Made by a program: the position numbers and the translations under genes | NCBI RefSeq assembly: GCF_006345805.1 | Contig: NC_043004.1 | Location: 3,782,001 to 3,846,000, forward strand | Length of the DNA: 64,000 nt | Direction of reading: 5' to 3' | From: Octopus sinensis | Taxonomy: Eukaryota | Part shown: in pieces, positions 51,010 to 64,000 of the stretch | How positions within the stretch are numbered: position 1 is the first letter of the stretch | Layout of the letters: each line of letters starts with the position of its first letter | The notes under the pieces: generated by a model | Database searches by the model: none | Seen by the model: the letters and a program-made list of their open reading frames with translations, nothing else | What the model was told of the DNA's origin: nothing

Positions 51010-51567
51010 TATCTCTTTTTAATAACAATATTCAGTCGACATAACGAAATATAGGCTTTTTGCCTCGACATTATGTAGTCGCCAGGGCGTTGCCAGGGCG
51101 TCGCCAGGGCGCCGTCAGGCGATAATGGGAGGGCTAGTGTTGTACCACTTGTGAGTAAATCTCGGTATTAGTACATCATCTGCCTCATCAGTAACCAATG
51201 GTAATTTATGCAGTTATGCGGGAGATTGCTAAATCTCTGTCGATAAGCTTAGCACCATGCAGTGGGCCTTTGCTGAGATGAGGTAAGGCATTAGCATTAG
51301 AATTAGTTCAAAAATTCTATCCGATGATTTAGAGCCTGTCATCTAACCCTGGCGTCAAAAGTGTTTCCACTCTAACATTCAGTAATTTTATCCGCCAAAA
51401 GAAAAAAATTGTCCGTTTCCTTGGTTTTGTTTTTATGTTTTCGTTTCTCATTGTGTTCGACGTTTTTTTGGTGTCCTGTACTCATATATGTATGTATATG
51501 TACATATAGATGTAGGTACGCACATATATGTATGCATATATGCATATGTTTTATTCATTATTTTGTT

Positions 51568-51616
<49 letters not shown>

Positions 51617-51626
51617 TATATATATA

Positions 51627-51880
51627 TAGGAAGAGTTCACGAAAAAAAAACAAAAGACGAAGACAGGTGGTGTACAAAACAAACAGATGTATTAGTATAA
51701 CGCTCAGGAATTGAAAAACTCTTTTACGTTTCGAGCCTACGCTCTTCTACAGAAAGGGACACAGAAAAAAAAAACAAGAAAAGAAAAAAAAATGTGTGTA
51801 GTGGCTAACGATCTATCATGGTGACTGCCGGACAGAAGGGCCACACAGGAGAGTGACGAAGTAGGGGAGATAACAAAGTA
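51627..51880 (-). mobile_element. Solo Penelope-type pseudo-LTR with a variant hammerhead motif (51721-51756)
   Basis: Homologous to 17748-18000; cttt-CTGTAGA-agagc gtag gctc-GAAA-cgta-aaag. Confidence 0.7.
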
Positions 51881-51909
51881 AAGATGACCCACCAAAAATA
51901 TATATTACT

Positions 51910-52215
51910 GGCACCCCGTCGGCTACGACGACGAGTGTTCCAGTTCATCCGATCAACGGAAGGTGTTGCTCGTGAAATTAACGTTCAAAGTGACTGAGAA
52001 CTCAACAAATACGCGTAACCTTAACGTAGTTCTCAGCGTGAAACAGAATACGACAAGGTTGACTCCTTTAAAATACAGGCGCAACACATTTCTGTCAGCT
52101 GAGAGGACTGGAGCAATGTGAAATGAAGTGTCTTGCTTAAGGATTCAACGCGCCGCCAGGAATCGAGCTCACAACCTTACGATCATGAGCCGAAAATCCC
52201 TAACCATTAAGTCAC
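51910..52215 (-). mobile_element. tRNA-headed SINE (family D)
   Basis: Minus strand ggtgacttaatggttaggg...gagctcgattcctgg, core agcaagacacttcatttcacattgctccagt shared with 42177, different 3' domain. Confidence 0.75.
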
Positions 52216-52235
52216 CTACCTCCCCACCTCTTTCT

Positions 52236-52290
<55 letters not shown>

Positions 52291-52294
52291 TCAC

Positions 52295-52413
<119 letters not shown>

Positions 52414-53304
52414 ATACACATACATACATACATACATACATACACACGCATATGGCAACTCATCTAAACTTTGTATTTTAGCTTTAGCATCGCCAGTAAT
52501 CTTCCCATGAGCTTGGTTGGTGCCATCATTAAAAGCTAATTCATGTTCCCAGACTTCTATGTCGTGGTAGAACGCGAATAATAAGCATTCGCTTATTATC
52601 ATGCGGTGCAATGTAGAAAACATCTTCATTAGTTCTGCCCTCTGTTACAAAATCTTGAATAAAGTGCAATAAATAATCACTCTGTCTTTTTTTAGGGTAC
52701 GTATAATGATAAAGAATTTTCTCAGTTGGGGAAGCTTTCTGATTTCTACTGCTTCTCTTGTCCACAGCAGCAATTTGCCGTTCCTGTTTAACAAATTCCC
52801 TCTTTTACTGGCTGCTTCGTCATTAACGACATCATGAATGCAAGTGTTTTTTAAAACTCGTAGTTCTTTTTCCAAGTAATAAAATTAATAACCTGAAGTA
52901 AAATATCTCGGTTTCCCTTTGGATATAGAGCATGTATTCAAAGGATCATTTTATCTCTTTCGTGTATTCTCTGTTTCCAATGGTAAGGAATTTCAGTTTA
53001 TTTACTAAGGTTCATTTGGAAACACTTCAAAAAACAGATAAAATGAGGGAATAATCTCACCGAAGACGCCATCACCTTACAAACTTTGCTACGTATGCCT
53101 ATACTTTCCTTAAGCCCCCCCCCCACTTATTTATATCCAGTTTACACTTCCACCATCCCAGCTCTCACTCTCCATATTTACTGCTCTCTCTTAACCTACT
53201 TCTGTCTACATCAAATCTCTATTCTCCGTCTCCCTTCTCAGCTTCCCTTTTACAAGCACAAGATGCAGACAGAAAATAAATAAATTTTCAAATGCTTGAG
53301 GTGA

Positions 53305-53660
53305 ATATGGCTGTGTGGTTAAGAAGCCACACGTTTCACAACCACGTCGTTGTGGGTTCAATCCTGCTGCGGGACACTTTGGCTAAGTGTCTTCTACCAT
53401 AGCCCCAGGTCGACTAAAGCCTTGTGAGTGGATGAGTGGATTTAGTAGACGAAAACTGTGTAGAAGCCTGTCGTGTGTGTGTGTGTTCTCCTCCAGTGCT
53501 TGACAACCGATGTTACTCTGTTTACGTCCGCAATTTAGTGATTCAGAAAAAAATATAGTGAATAAGTATCAGTCTTTATAAATATGCATTGCGGTCGATT
53601 TGTCCTACTAAAACCCTTCAAAGCGGTGCAGTCTAATGACAGAAACAAGTAAAAAATGAT
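53305..53660 (+). mobile_element. tRNA-headed SINE family A
   Basis: ggctgtgtggttaag...gggttcaatcc...taaagccttgtgagtgga...gcttgacaaccgatg. Confidence 0.8.
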
Positions 53661-53662
53661 AC

Positions 53663-53724
<62 letters not shown>

Positions 53725-55651
53725 TGTGTGCGTTAATATATGCACAAAGCTCCTTTAGAGACTGCTTGTTAAAAATAAAACCTGCTCCAAATAATATGAC
53801 ATAGCGGCGTTTTGGTTTAATTTAGTCTTTTCAGTGACAGACAACGGCTTAATCTTTTGGAGCTCGCTAGGAACTTCTGAATCAACAAGCAAAACATTTG
53901 ATTTGCTCATGTGTACGAAAGGCTTTCCAGCTCGAAATTAAATCTGTGAAATTCACACGAACAAGCGAAGATAATGATGTTTATATGCACACTCGAATGA
54001 AGATCGGTATTTTGTTTTGAAGAACAATTATCAGGATGAAAAATTTTCGACTCTCCGCTCCAGTCTATGAATCCCTACTCTGCGGTCCTTCCAAAGTCTA
54101 TTGCCAGCCAAGTAGGATATTGTGAATGCTGTTTCAGTTCCTGGACATCCAATCTCTGCTGAAAGTACCGTACATTGCCAACCTCGTGTTTCACGTGATT
54201 CCCAAAGTCCCTTATATCTTAAGCCCTTCATTCATTTTCCCACTCCATGTTGCCATCTCAAAGCACTACCAACCCGACAAATGTCTCCATCAAGTCATAC
54301 CACGGACAGGGTATTACTTCGTTATTGCAGTAAGGCTTCAGAACACAGTTTTTCTTTCAAGTCAGCTCCCAGCTTCTAGTCTTTGACACTCGACGGAAAT
54401 CGGAGTCTCGGATTTCCTTTTTCTCTCATATTACATTCTCTCGCCTTCCCCTCCCCCCACCATTTGAAACTAATGACTGAATCTTGATTATCATTGAATT
54501 TATGTTGCTGCATATTTTTGTGCATCAGTAATTCTACACAACAATTATGCTCTGCAAGGAATGAATGTAATCCGAATGAAGATTTCTCTAAAACATCGCT
54601 AATTTTTATCTGAGGCAACATATTGCTAGATTCCACTGAGGTATGTTCATTGGGGAGATTTTGGTAGAATCGGATGCTGGGTATTAAGAGATGCAATAAT
54701 ATGAATTCATATATTTAAAGACAAAGATTTGAAAAGATTTTGACAATCTTCATTTGGTTCAGAAATGTTGATTAACTAAGAATTGTTGCATTAAAACATT
54801 GCAGAAGATGGTTCCAGTAGAGTTCCATAAAATGCGCAACAGATTAAAAAAAAGGATTCTAAAATATCTTTGTATTCTTATATTTTCTGGAAAACATTAA
54901 AAACATACTCTGTACTCAAGTTGTTGTTTTTTCTCCATTGCAAAATTTGTGTAAATAATATTCTTAAAATTTATTTCTGTCAGAAACTAAAAAGAACCAA
55001 TTTATTGCATTGGACAGAGTGCCGAAATAAATGAAGATGGTGAACAAGGCTGAAATTTTGACAGGTAGTGGTATCTTGTGTCTAATTTCAGATATCATTG
55101 TCTTCCAGGAACCGAGATGTTGATTTATTTCTCTAGAGGAGATGAGCCTAGTTCCTTAATAGAGATTCAAATGAATTAGGGTCTTTTGTTGCGATGGAGA
55201 AACGAGCGTATATCAACACATTCCGAATAACTTGGATGCGTCGCGTAAATGTGTCAAAGAGTATGTTAGTTAGTTAGTTAGTTAGTTAGTTAATCGTATT
55301 CAATCGTGTTGGGTGTTTGAATCTTCCTTTTCCGGTTCTCTTCCGTTTGTCGGTAATTTTTGTGCCCGGTTTGCGTCTCTCAGTCAGAAACGGACTCTGA
55401 AACCTCCTTGGTATCTATTCTCTTTCATGCAGGGAGACTGTTTGTTAAGAAGCCCACATGGTCCATAAATCATGCATTTTTCTCGTATGATAAAAGTAGA
55501 CATTTTTCAAAATTAAAATTTACTCTCAGCCAGTTTGTTGTAATAAATAGCGCAAACAGATATTTTCTGCTACCAAATGACCATTTATAGTAATCATAAA
55601 GATATAATCTTAATTATTTACATGACGGATATTTGTCCTCATCTTGTTGTT

Positions 55652-55697
55652 AACACAACGTTTCGGCTGATATATCCTTCAGCCTTCATTAGGTGTC
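55652..55697 (-). ncRNA. Minimal type I hammerhead motif with a G5A core change, in a Penelope-type terminal repeat (55620-55720)
   Basis: gacac-CTAATGA-a-ggctga aggatata tcagcc-GAAA-CGTT-gtgtt; stems I and II fully paired, palindromic ACGT stem III. Confidence 0.65.
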
Positions 55698-56731
55698 TTG
55701 GAGAAATTTCGAAACTGGGTCTCGAATAATACTATTATTATTACTATATTATTACTATTATTATTATTTAAGTCATGCCTGGAAAAGAAGTCGGAATCTT
55801 GGGGTTAATAGACCACGCTCTTAACCACTACACCATATGTCCGTGGGCAATTATGGAGTGAATTTTGGGCTTATAAATCTAATATTTTCCTATCCTTCCT
55901 TAATACTGGTTTCCATATGCTATTCCACTCGGTCTGCTTAGGAGGTTGTTGTGTCCTAACATATGTGCTGCTTCTTTTAGTTTTCCAGTGGTGTTCTCCA
56001 TTATTTTAACTTCATCCCACAGGGGACATAGAACTATATAATCTTAATGTAATTGATTCGTAGAACACATCTAGACCGATTATTATCAGTTAAGGGCTAC
56101 GTAGGAATCAAAGGTTTTTATTTATTTATTGGGTTTCAGATTTCCAAAGGAGAGTTCTTCATAAAAGAAGCAAAGTGTTTTCTAACGTCTAATGTTGATA
56201 TTCATAGAAAGTTAAAGGGTTTCTATCGTTTAGCCACAGGTCAGCCACCATCGAGCTGTCTTAACATGAAATCTATTCCAGGTATGGGAATCTTGTTTTT
56301 TCTTTTTATACTCACGGTACGCATAACAACACTATCCGCTGTATACTTCTATTTTTGAAGAAGGTAGGATGTGGATTGAGGGAAATTCGGCGGCTATTTC
56401 TAATAGGCTAGATAACCACGTACAGATAATTCTTCATTATTATATACAATAGCCTTAAACACGCTTATCATTCTAATATACCAAGATGTATGCCGCGTAT
56501 TTAAAATCAAATATTTCTATAGAGCTTTGAATTACTGCAACCTCTTCCTCCTCTCCAAAAAAGAAAAAAAAAAGAATCGTTTCTTATTGAGATCTAAATT
56601 CCCCAAAGCAGAAATATGGAATATTTTGGCGAAAAGGAAGTTTCAAGAACTACTCAATAGATTTCTAAGCTGAATGAATGGGAAACAATCTATAACACAC
56701 ATACACATGCATGTGCATGTGCATATATAAG

Positions 56732-56802
<71 letters not shown>

Positions 56803-56873
56803 TATATATATGTATATATATATAATATATATAAGTACATGTAAGTGTATGCATGTATCTACACACACACCAC

Positions 56874-56948
<75 letters not shown>

Positions 56949-57599
56949 ATACATATACACACATCTTTATATGTACGCGTGTGTATATAGATATAAACAC
57001 ATATACATATGAGAGTTTGTGTGTGTGTGTACAATTATTCTGTGTGTGTCTCTACTTCAAAAATGTTTTATATCCAGAGTTTGTTAACAATCCAGCTGTA
57101 CTTCCAACTACAGTGGCGTAGTGGCGTCGCTATTTTGACCGCTTCTGTACGGGGAACCCAATCGACCGACAAATGACTTAAACACAACATTCCTTCCACT
57201 ACAGAATATAAAGATATAAAGCGGCGGCCATGTTGCGGTCTGACAACCTGTACATTATATGCTACGCCAGTGGTGACTCAACATCCATCTTTTGTCATTC
57301 GTCTGCTCTAAATATAGAATCGCACGTACATACGTCGAAGCATGCATACACACATGCTCAAATATCGATCTTTCAAAACGATAACTGAGAATGTGTGTGT
57401 GTGTGCTTCTGCATGTATTTACATGGATTCATACACAAGAGTATGTATGTATATATTTTGCGTGTCTTCTTAAGGCAATATGTATGTGGTTGCTAAGGGG
57501 GACCTGCATTTTCTCTCTCAATATCTAGCCTTGCTTTTGCACGAAATTTAAAATTTAACCATACAGAAATATATACATACACTGCATTTATGCATATAT

Positions 57600-58225
57600 A
57601 CAAAACTATATACAAACGATACTATTGTTTGATCGCAGTTGAATACATCCATCCATCCATACATATATACATACATACATACATGCATACATACATACAT
57701 ACATACATACATACATACATACATACATACATACATGCATACATAAATAAATAAATACATACATACATACATACATAAATAAATACATCCATCCATCCAT
57801 CCATCCATCCATCCATACATACATACATAAATAAATACATACATACATACCTAAATAAATACATACATACATGCATGCATGCATACATACATATATATAT
57901 ATATATATAATATATATATATATACACACGTATATATAATAAATATAGATGTTTATGGGTGCATGTATATATGTAAGTACTTTTGTGTGTGTGTGTGTGT
58001 GGTGTGTGTGTGTATATATATATATATATATGCACACACACATGCACACACATACACGCACACACATATATGTACATACACGCATCTCCCTGTCTCTGTA
58101 CACTCACACACACAAATGACTGCATACATACTCTGATGGGCGCACACATGCATATATACACAACATACGTATCTACATTCGGCTTGTGTGCGCATGCGTA
58201 TGTGTGTGTGTGTGTGTGTGTGTGC
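57600..58225. repeat. Compound microsatellite block (TACA, TCCA, TA, TG)
   Basis: Directly visible. Similar blocks at 11060-12410, 34430-35280, 48900-49470 and 61200-61830. Confidence 0.95.
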
Positions 58226-58540
58226 GTTTAAATTTTTTGCGTCTGTTCTTGAGACAATACATCTATTTGTCTGTTTGCTTAGGTAGGTTCTCTGGATTTC
58301 TCTCTTTCGCTTCTTTGCATCTGGAGAGTCAGAATATCGTCGATGTTCGAAAATCTTAATTATAATCGTTTGCCTGATTAATCTTTTGAGAATATCCTGC
58401 GTCGCCTGGGCAGGTGATTTTCAGAAAGCAGACATTCAGAGATTGGAGGGAAACAACGAAAAAAAAAAAAGTCACAGTAACAAAAGAGTTCAAATGTATG
58501 CGCATGGTTTTGTGTTTGTGTGTGTGGTGTGTGTGTGGTG

Positions 58541-58571
<31 letters not shown>

Positions 58572-58681
58572 TGTGTGTGTGTGTAGTGAAAGAGGCGGTA
58601 TTAATACCAAAAGGTAATATTTATCTTCCACTTAAAGTGTTATAACACAACTTCCACTTGAGTGGAAAATAAATATTACCT

Positions 58682-58748
<67 letters not shown>

Positions 58749-58833
58749 GTGTGTATGTGCATAAATATGCATTTATACATATATATATATTATATATATA
58801 TATGTATAAATGCATATTTATGCACATACACAC

Positions 58834-58879
<46 letters not shown>

Positions 58880-58907
58880 TTTTATATATGTATATAAAAG
58901 TTTGTGC

Positions 58908-58941
<34 letters not shown>

Positions 58942-59938
58942 GCACAAACTATATATATATATATATATATTTGTATGTGCACGTATGTTTGTGTGTGTAT
59001 GTCTGTGTGTGTGTGGTTGTGTGTGTGTGTTTGTGCGTGTGCGCGCGTCCTGGGTTTGATAAACCGTTCAACAACCCACAAACACTGTTGACTTCACTTA
59101 AACATTATTTGCCGTACGATGTCAAAATTTTCGTCGCTCGAAACTGCGAACTGGTCACAGGTAAGATTACACCGTATATCACAGGTATATAGACTGAAAC
59201 TTTTCGGGGAAAGAGAAAACTTGCTTAAATCGATACTGAACTGTTAACTCATATTTTGTTTTAACGACCCCATGATGACAGCGTTCGACCTCGGTCGGAT
59301 TTGAAACAAGAATGTAGAGTGACACAACCAAAAGCCAATAATAATATTTGACAGCAGCGCAAAACACCACATTTTGTAAGATAGAAATAAACTATTGCTT
59401 GTATTACACTCCATTTTCTGCATAGATATGGAATCAAAAAGTACAAACCATGCACACCTACATTAAAGATCTTTTGACAATCCGTTATGTAATTATGCAG
59501 ATGGCAACATCACTGCATCAGTGATTAATAAAACAACAGACCGACGAATTTATTCTTCGTTAAATGCTCTTCACTTCTAATTCGAGTACGCAACAAACAT
59601 TTTTGTTTTCACAGTTATTCTTGGTATAATAATTAATTACGCATTTCGTACAGATCTTTTAGAATCATTCAATTGTGTGCTTAGAGGTTTTGCTGACGTT
59701 TTTAACTTTTTATATTCTTGGATAATCTCCTTGATTATTTCTAGCATCTTGGATTCCACGAAAGAAAACTCATCCAATAAGTCATCCATTTATTCTATAC
59801 AAAGATGGTGGGAAAAAGCACTCTTCAAATGTCTATTATTTCGCGAACTACGACTTAAGGAGAATGGTTATTTCATTTATTACAGTAAAACAATGACTTG
59901 CTTTTGGCATGAAGACTGTAAAAGCAAACAAGATCTCT

Positions 59939-60001
<63 letters not shown>

Positions 60002-60237
60002 CTATCTACACACCTATAAATATATATTTATATAGAAACTCATACGTACATATGCACGTTTGTATATATACTCATATATGTTTGAATATATTTGTGTGTA
60101 TATGGTTGTCAACATATATATAAATATATATACATATATATCGTATGTATAGTATGTATATATATGTATATATATGTATGTATGTATATTATATATATTA
60201 TATATATCATATATATAATATATATATAGGTATATTA

Positions 60238-60268
<31 letters not shown>

Positions 60269-60497
60269 ATTATATAAAAGGGCTTAGTCAAATAAATTAC
60301 TGTGCCACATACTGAACTCATTAGAAATAGCAGCTAAAAAAACTTTTTTAAAACTATCTATATATATATATATAGGCATACACACGTATGTATGTATGTA
60401 TGCATCTACATCACCAATATAATAATTATTATAATACACCTGTAAGGTATGCCGTTCTTCAATCATTCTTTGTTTCGAATAGATAGATAGATAGATT

Positions 60498-60582
<85 letters not shown>

Positions 60583-61432
60583 GTATGTAGATAGATAATA
60601 TAGAGAGAGAGATTAGAGGAATACTTTTTGTCCACTGACTAGTAGCAAGGAAACCATTGAGTGTAGAAATTGTAAAAGTACAAAGACCACGAAATTGCAG
60701 TATTCAAGATGTGGGGCATAAACGTGAAAACAATACGTTATAATTGGGGTATTAAGCATGATAAAAACATATGAACAAAAACGTAAAAGTTATACCTGGA
60801 CCCTCAATATTACATACTGTCCCCACAATAATAGCTCTGCTAGGACTAGCTAATAAAGACATTATTAGCTAGATAAATACATTATCACTTCCATTCAACC
60901 TAACAACATTGAACTTCAGTTCTCGCTTACGAATAATGGCGGTTCACGTCAATGTGAATTTCCATGCACTGTTAAAGACCAAGTTCCGTATGCAACATTT
61001 CATACTTTGTCCGTAACAGAAGATTCCTGCCAATGTAACTTGGGTATAACTGACGTAGAAGATACCCTTCCGAAAGATTAACCATTTCTCCTCCGAACCT
61101 TTTCTCTCTTCTCTTCTCATTCTTCTCTCTAACTCCGTCTAAATACAAAATTACCCAGGATAAATCATATATCCAAATTTAGCATTAATTTGACAAGATG
61201 TCAAAAGTCATTTCTACATACATCCATACAGATATACATACATAAATGCATATATATATATACATTACATACATATGTATATATACGTGTATGTATATAT
61301 ATATATACATACATATATTTACATATATATAAATATATGCATACATACGTATATATATGCACACACAAGCACACATACACCCACGCCTACCACTGCATAT
61401 ATTATTATTGTTATTATGTTATTATTATTACA

Positions 61433-61520
<88 letters not shown>

Positions 61521-61564
61521 GACATATAGAGAGACAGATCTACATGCACACACACACACCATAT

Positions 61565-61613
<49 letters not shown>

Positions 61614-61674
61614 TCATACATACATACATACATACATACATACATACATACAGATAGGTAGATAGAGAGAAAAC

Positions 61675-61712
<38 letters not shown>

Positions 61713-61726
61713 TTAGAGAGATAAAC

Positions 61727-61831
<105 letters not shown>

Positions 61832-62220
61832 TAGAGGGAGGGAGAGAAACTCTTTCACACACATTCATTTCTGAAAAAAAAGAAATTATTAAATAGTAAG
61901 TTATTTTTTTACTTAAATTGACAGCATTTTTGCTAAGTAATATATTATGAACTTTAATATTTGAAGCTGTTTGATTGATAACATCATTATCAAAGTAAAA
62001 TTATCGGAGCAGAGGAAAAAATCTCTGATCAAATATTTTGCACCCCATCAATAAAAATTTTATCTTTATTATGTTTTCGAATTAAAAGTAAGCAATTATC
62101 TATTTATTTACATTTTTTAATATACTAAAATCACCAGAGAAATTTTCCAGTAATAATAATAATAATGATGATGATGATGATGATGATGATAATAATAATA
62201 ACAACAACAACAACAATAAA

Positions 62221-62282
<62 letters not shown>

Positions 62283-62292
62283 TAATAATAAT

Positions 62293-62539
62293 AATTCCTA
62301 TCATAGTAGGTGCATTAGGCATGATAAAAAATATTCAGACAAATACATAGCAAAAACATCAGGACTTACAAACACATATAACATACAGAAAATTGCACTA
62401 CTAGGCACTGCACACATCCTACGCAGAACACTTTCCATACAATAACCATCAGAGCATCACAACAAATCACAGCACATACCTAAGGCACACAGAGCTGCGC
62501 TCGGTAGTGAAGTGAAAGCACGCTATAAAAATAAAACTA

Positions 62540-62550
<11 letters not shown>
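62293..62550 (+). mobile_element. R4/Dong-like 3' end between (AAT)n tracts
   Basis: IPIIVGALGMIK...QKIALLGTAHILRRTLSIQ* plus 3' UTR. Confidence 0.8.
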
Positions 62551-62580
<30 letters not shown>

Positions 62581-62581
<1 letters not shown>

Positions 62582-63212
62582 TAGCGCCTGACCATAAACA
62601 ACTATTAAAACAAAATAATGAAAACAGGCCTCAACACCAAATGCAGAATGTGCAACCAACACAATGAGACAGTTGACCACATCATCTTTGGCTGTCGAAT
62701 CCTTGGCAAACCTGAATATATATACAGACACGACCGAGTAAGTAATTATATCCATTGGACAATATACCAACACGACAACGTAAAAACAAAAAAATGCTAT
62801 AAACATGTGCCAAACAAGGTGCAAGACAACGACCAGGCCCCAATCATCTGGGAGATGCCGGTTCAAACTGACAAAGAAATAAATGTTAATCCCCCAGACA
62901 TAGTAATCAAGCATTGTGAAAAACACACCTGCTTACTGATAGATATAGCACTCCCTTCTGACCAAAATGTTGCTCAAAATGAAGTGTAGAAATTGTCAAA
63001 GTACAAAGACCACGAAATTGCAGTATTCAAGATGTGGGGCATAAACGTGAAAACAATACCAGTTATAACTGGGGTATTAAGCATGATAAAAAGATATGAA
63101 CAAAAACGTAAAAGTTTTACCTGGACCCTCAATATTACACACTGTCCCCACAATAATAGCTCTGCTAGGACTAGCTAATAAAGACATTATTAGCTAGATA
63201 AAGACATTATCA
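62581..63212 (+). mobile_element. Degenerate R4/Dong-like CCHC plus REL endonuclease fragment
   Basis: CRMCNQHNETVDHIIFGC...RHD...PDIVIK...LLIDIALP...*KLSKYKD...VKTIPVITG. Confidence 0.8.
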
Positions 63213-63291
63213 ATTCAATAATACAACTTAAACAATCCACAAGACACACTCTATATAGTAAATATCCAATAAAATCAACAACCACCACAAC

Positions 63292-63700
63292 ATGTACTCT
63301 ACAGGGCGGATACCCAACAAGAGCTCAACTCGCATTATACACACAACACACAATACAAACACTAATAGAAACTGCAACCAAAATCTTGGAGACGATGAAA
63401 ATGTCAGCTATGATGGATCCAACAGGAAGGAGAATTCAAGGAATAAATACTACCAAAAGTTTTTTAAAATACGGTCGTCTGGATTTTCAGCTCACGACAA
63501 GCATATCGATCGCATCATCTTTGCAATGCCTATCCTCCCACTCACACTTGGCATTCTGAACTGGTCAATGCTAGAGGTCAGCGGGACAGACATACGAATT
63601 CATAAGCTGCACGGTGATATTGGAAAACTTAGCTTCAATGGAGATGTAGACAGGCTATAATTCCCATGCGATTATAGACTGGACAGCAATGCGACCAGAA
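63292..63700 (+). mobile_element. Old R4-like RT thumb fragment
   Basis: ...FAMPILPLTLGILNWS...FNGDVDRL*, resembling the thumb at 37913-38212. Confidence 0.55.
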
Positions 63701-64000
63701 GAATACGGCAGAAAGACAGCATCTATGGACCATCGATAATAAGTGAACAAGTCAAGTGCCCAAGATAAACTCTCAGCTTCAGACATAATTATTTAAGATA
63801 CGACCAACCCGCCTGGATTAGGGTAGGGTTAAACTTAGAGATTCTTGAGCAAGGAATACAACTTGTTAATTACTATGCTGCAAATGGCCAAGATATCGGG
63901 GACAATAAGAATCTGTTAGGAATTCTTAAGATTTAAAGAACGATGAACAAAACAAGATGCTTTCATTCACAACCTCGATATCAAGAAGGAGGCCAGTCAA

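Noticed and set aside
52450-52890. Protein-like minus-strand segments (KILYHYTYPKK..., FAFYHDIEVWEHELAF...)
   Set aside because: The frames shift and stop, there is no coherent splice pair, and I cannot assign a family; perhaps a decayed transposase. A tblastx/HMM search would be needed.
57111-57272. Possible hAT-type MITE (CAGTGGCGTAG...CTACGCCAGTG)
   Set aside because: An 11-bp imperfect TIR only, no 8-bp TSD and no second copy in the window.

Overview
AT-rich, microsatellite-saturated animal genomic DNA. The SINE/LINE landscape looks like a cephalopod, most likely Octopus; this is an inference, not a database result. There are no prokaryotic features (no operons, rRNA, true tRNA genes or CRISPR), and most of the long ORFs in the supplied track are microsatellite translations. 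Host-gene signal is on the minus strand. Three phase-compatible exons (7911-7787, 7041-6997, 202-88) encode an unidentified low-complexity, acidic, Thr-rich segment. An isolated exon at 46459-46263 begins (G)NGKR and looks like exon 2 of a GGNG/excitatory-peptide (CCHamide-related) neuropeptide precursor. The rest is a mobile-element palimpsest: RTE, CR1, R4/Dong-like and HERO-like non-LTR fragments, a Penelope-like GIY-YIG fragment, two near-full-length mariners, non-autonomous Helitrons, MITEs and several tRNA-headed SINE families. The most notable structure not explained by these labels: a 5'-inverted (twin-priming-like) R4-type insertion; several minimal hammerhead-ribozyme motifs, one downstream of a TATA/Inr promoter; a possible HDV-like-ribozyme-headed short repeat; and four local direct duplications 1-2.3 kb apart. 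There is one 100-N gap at 18899-18998.
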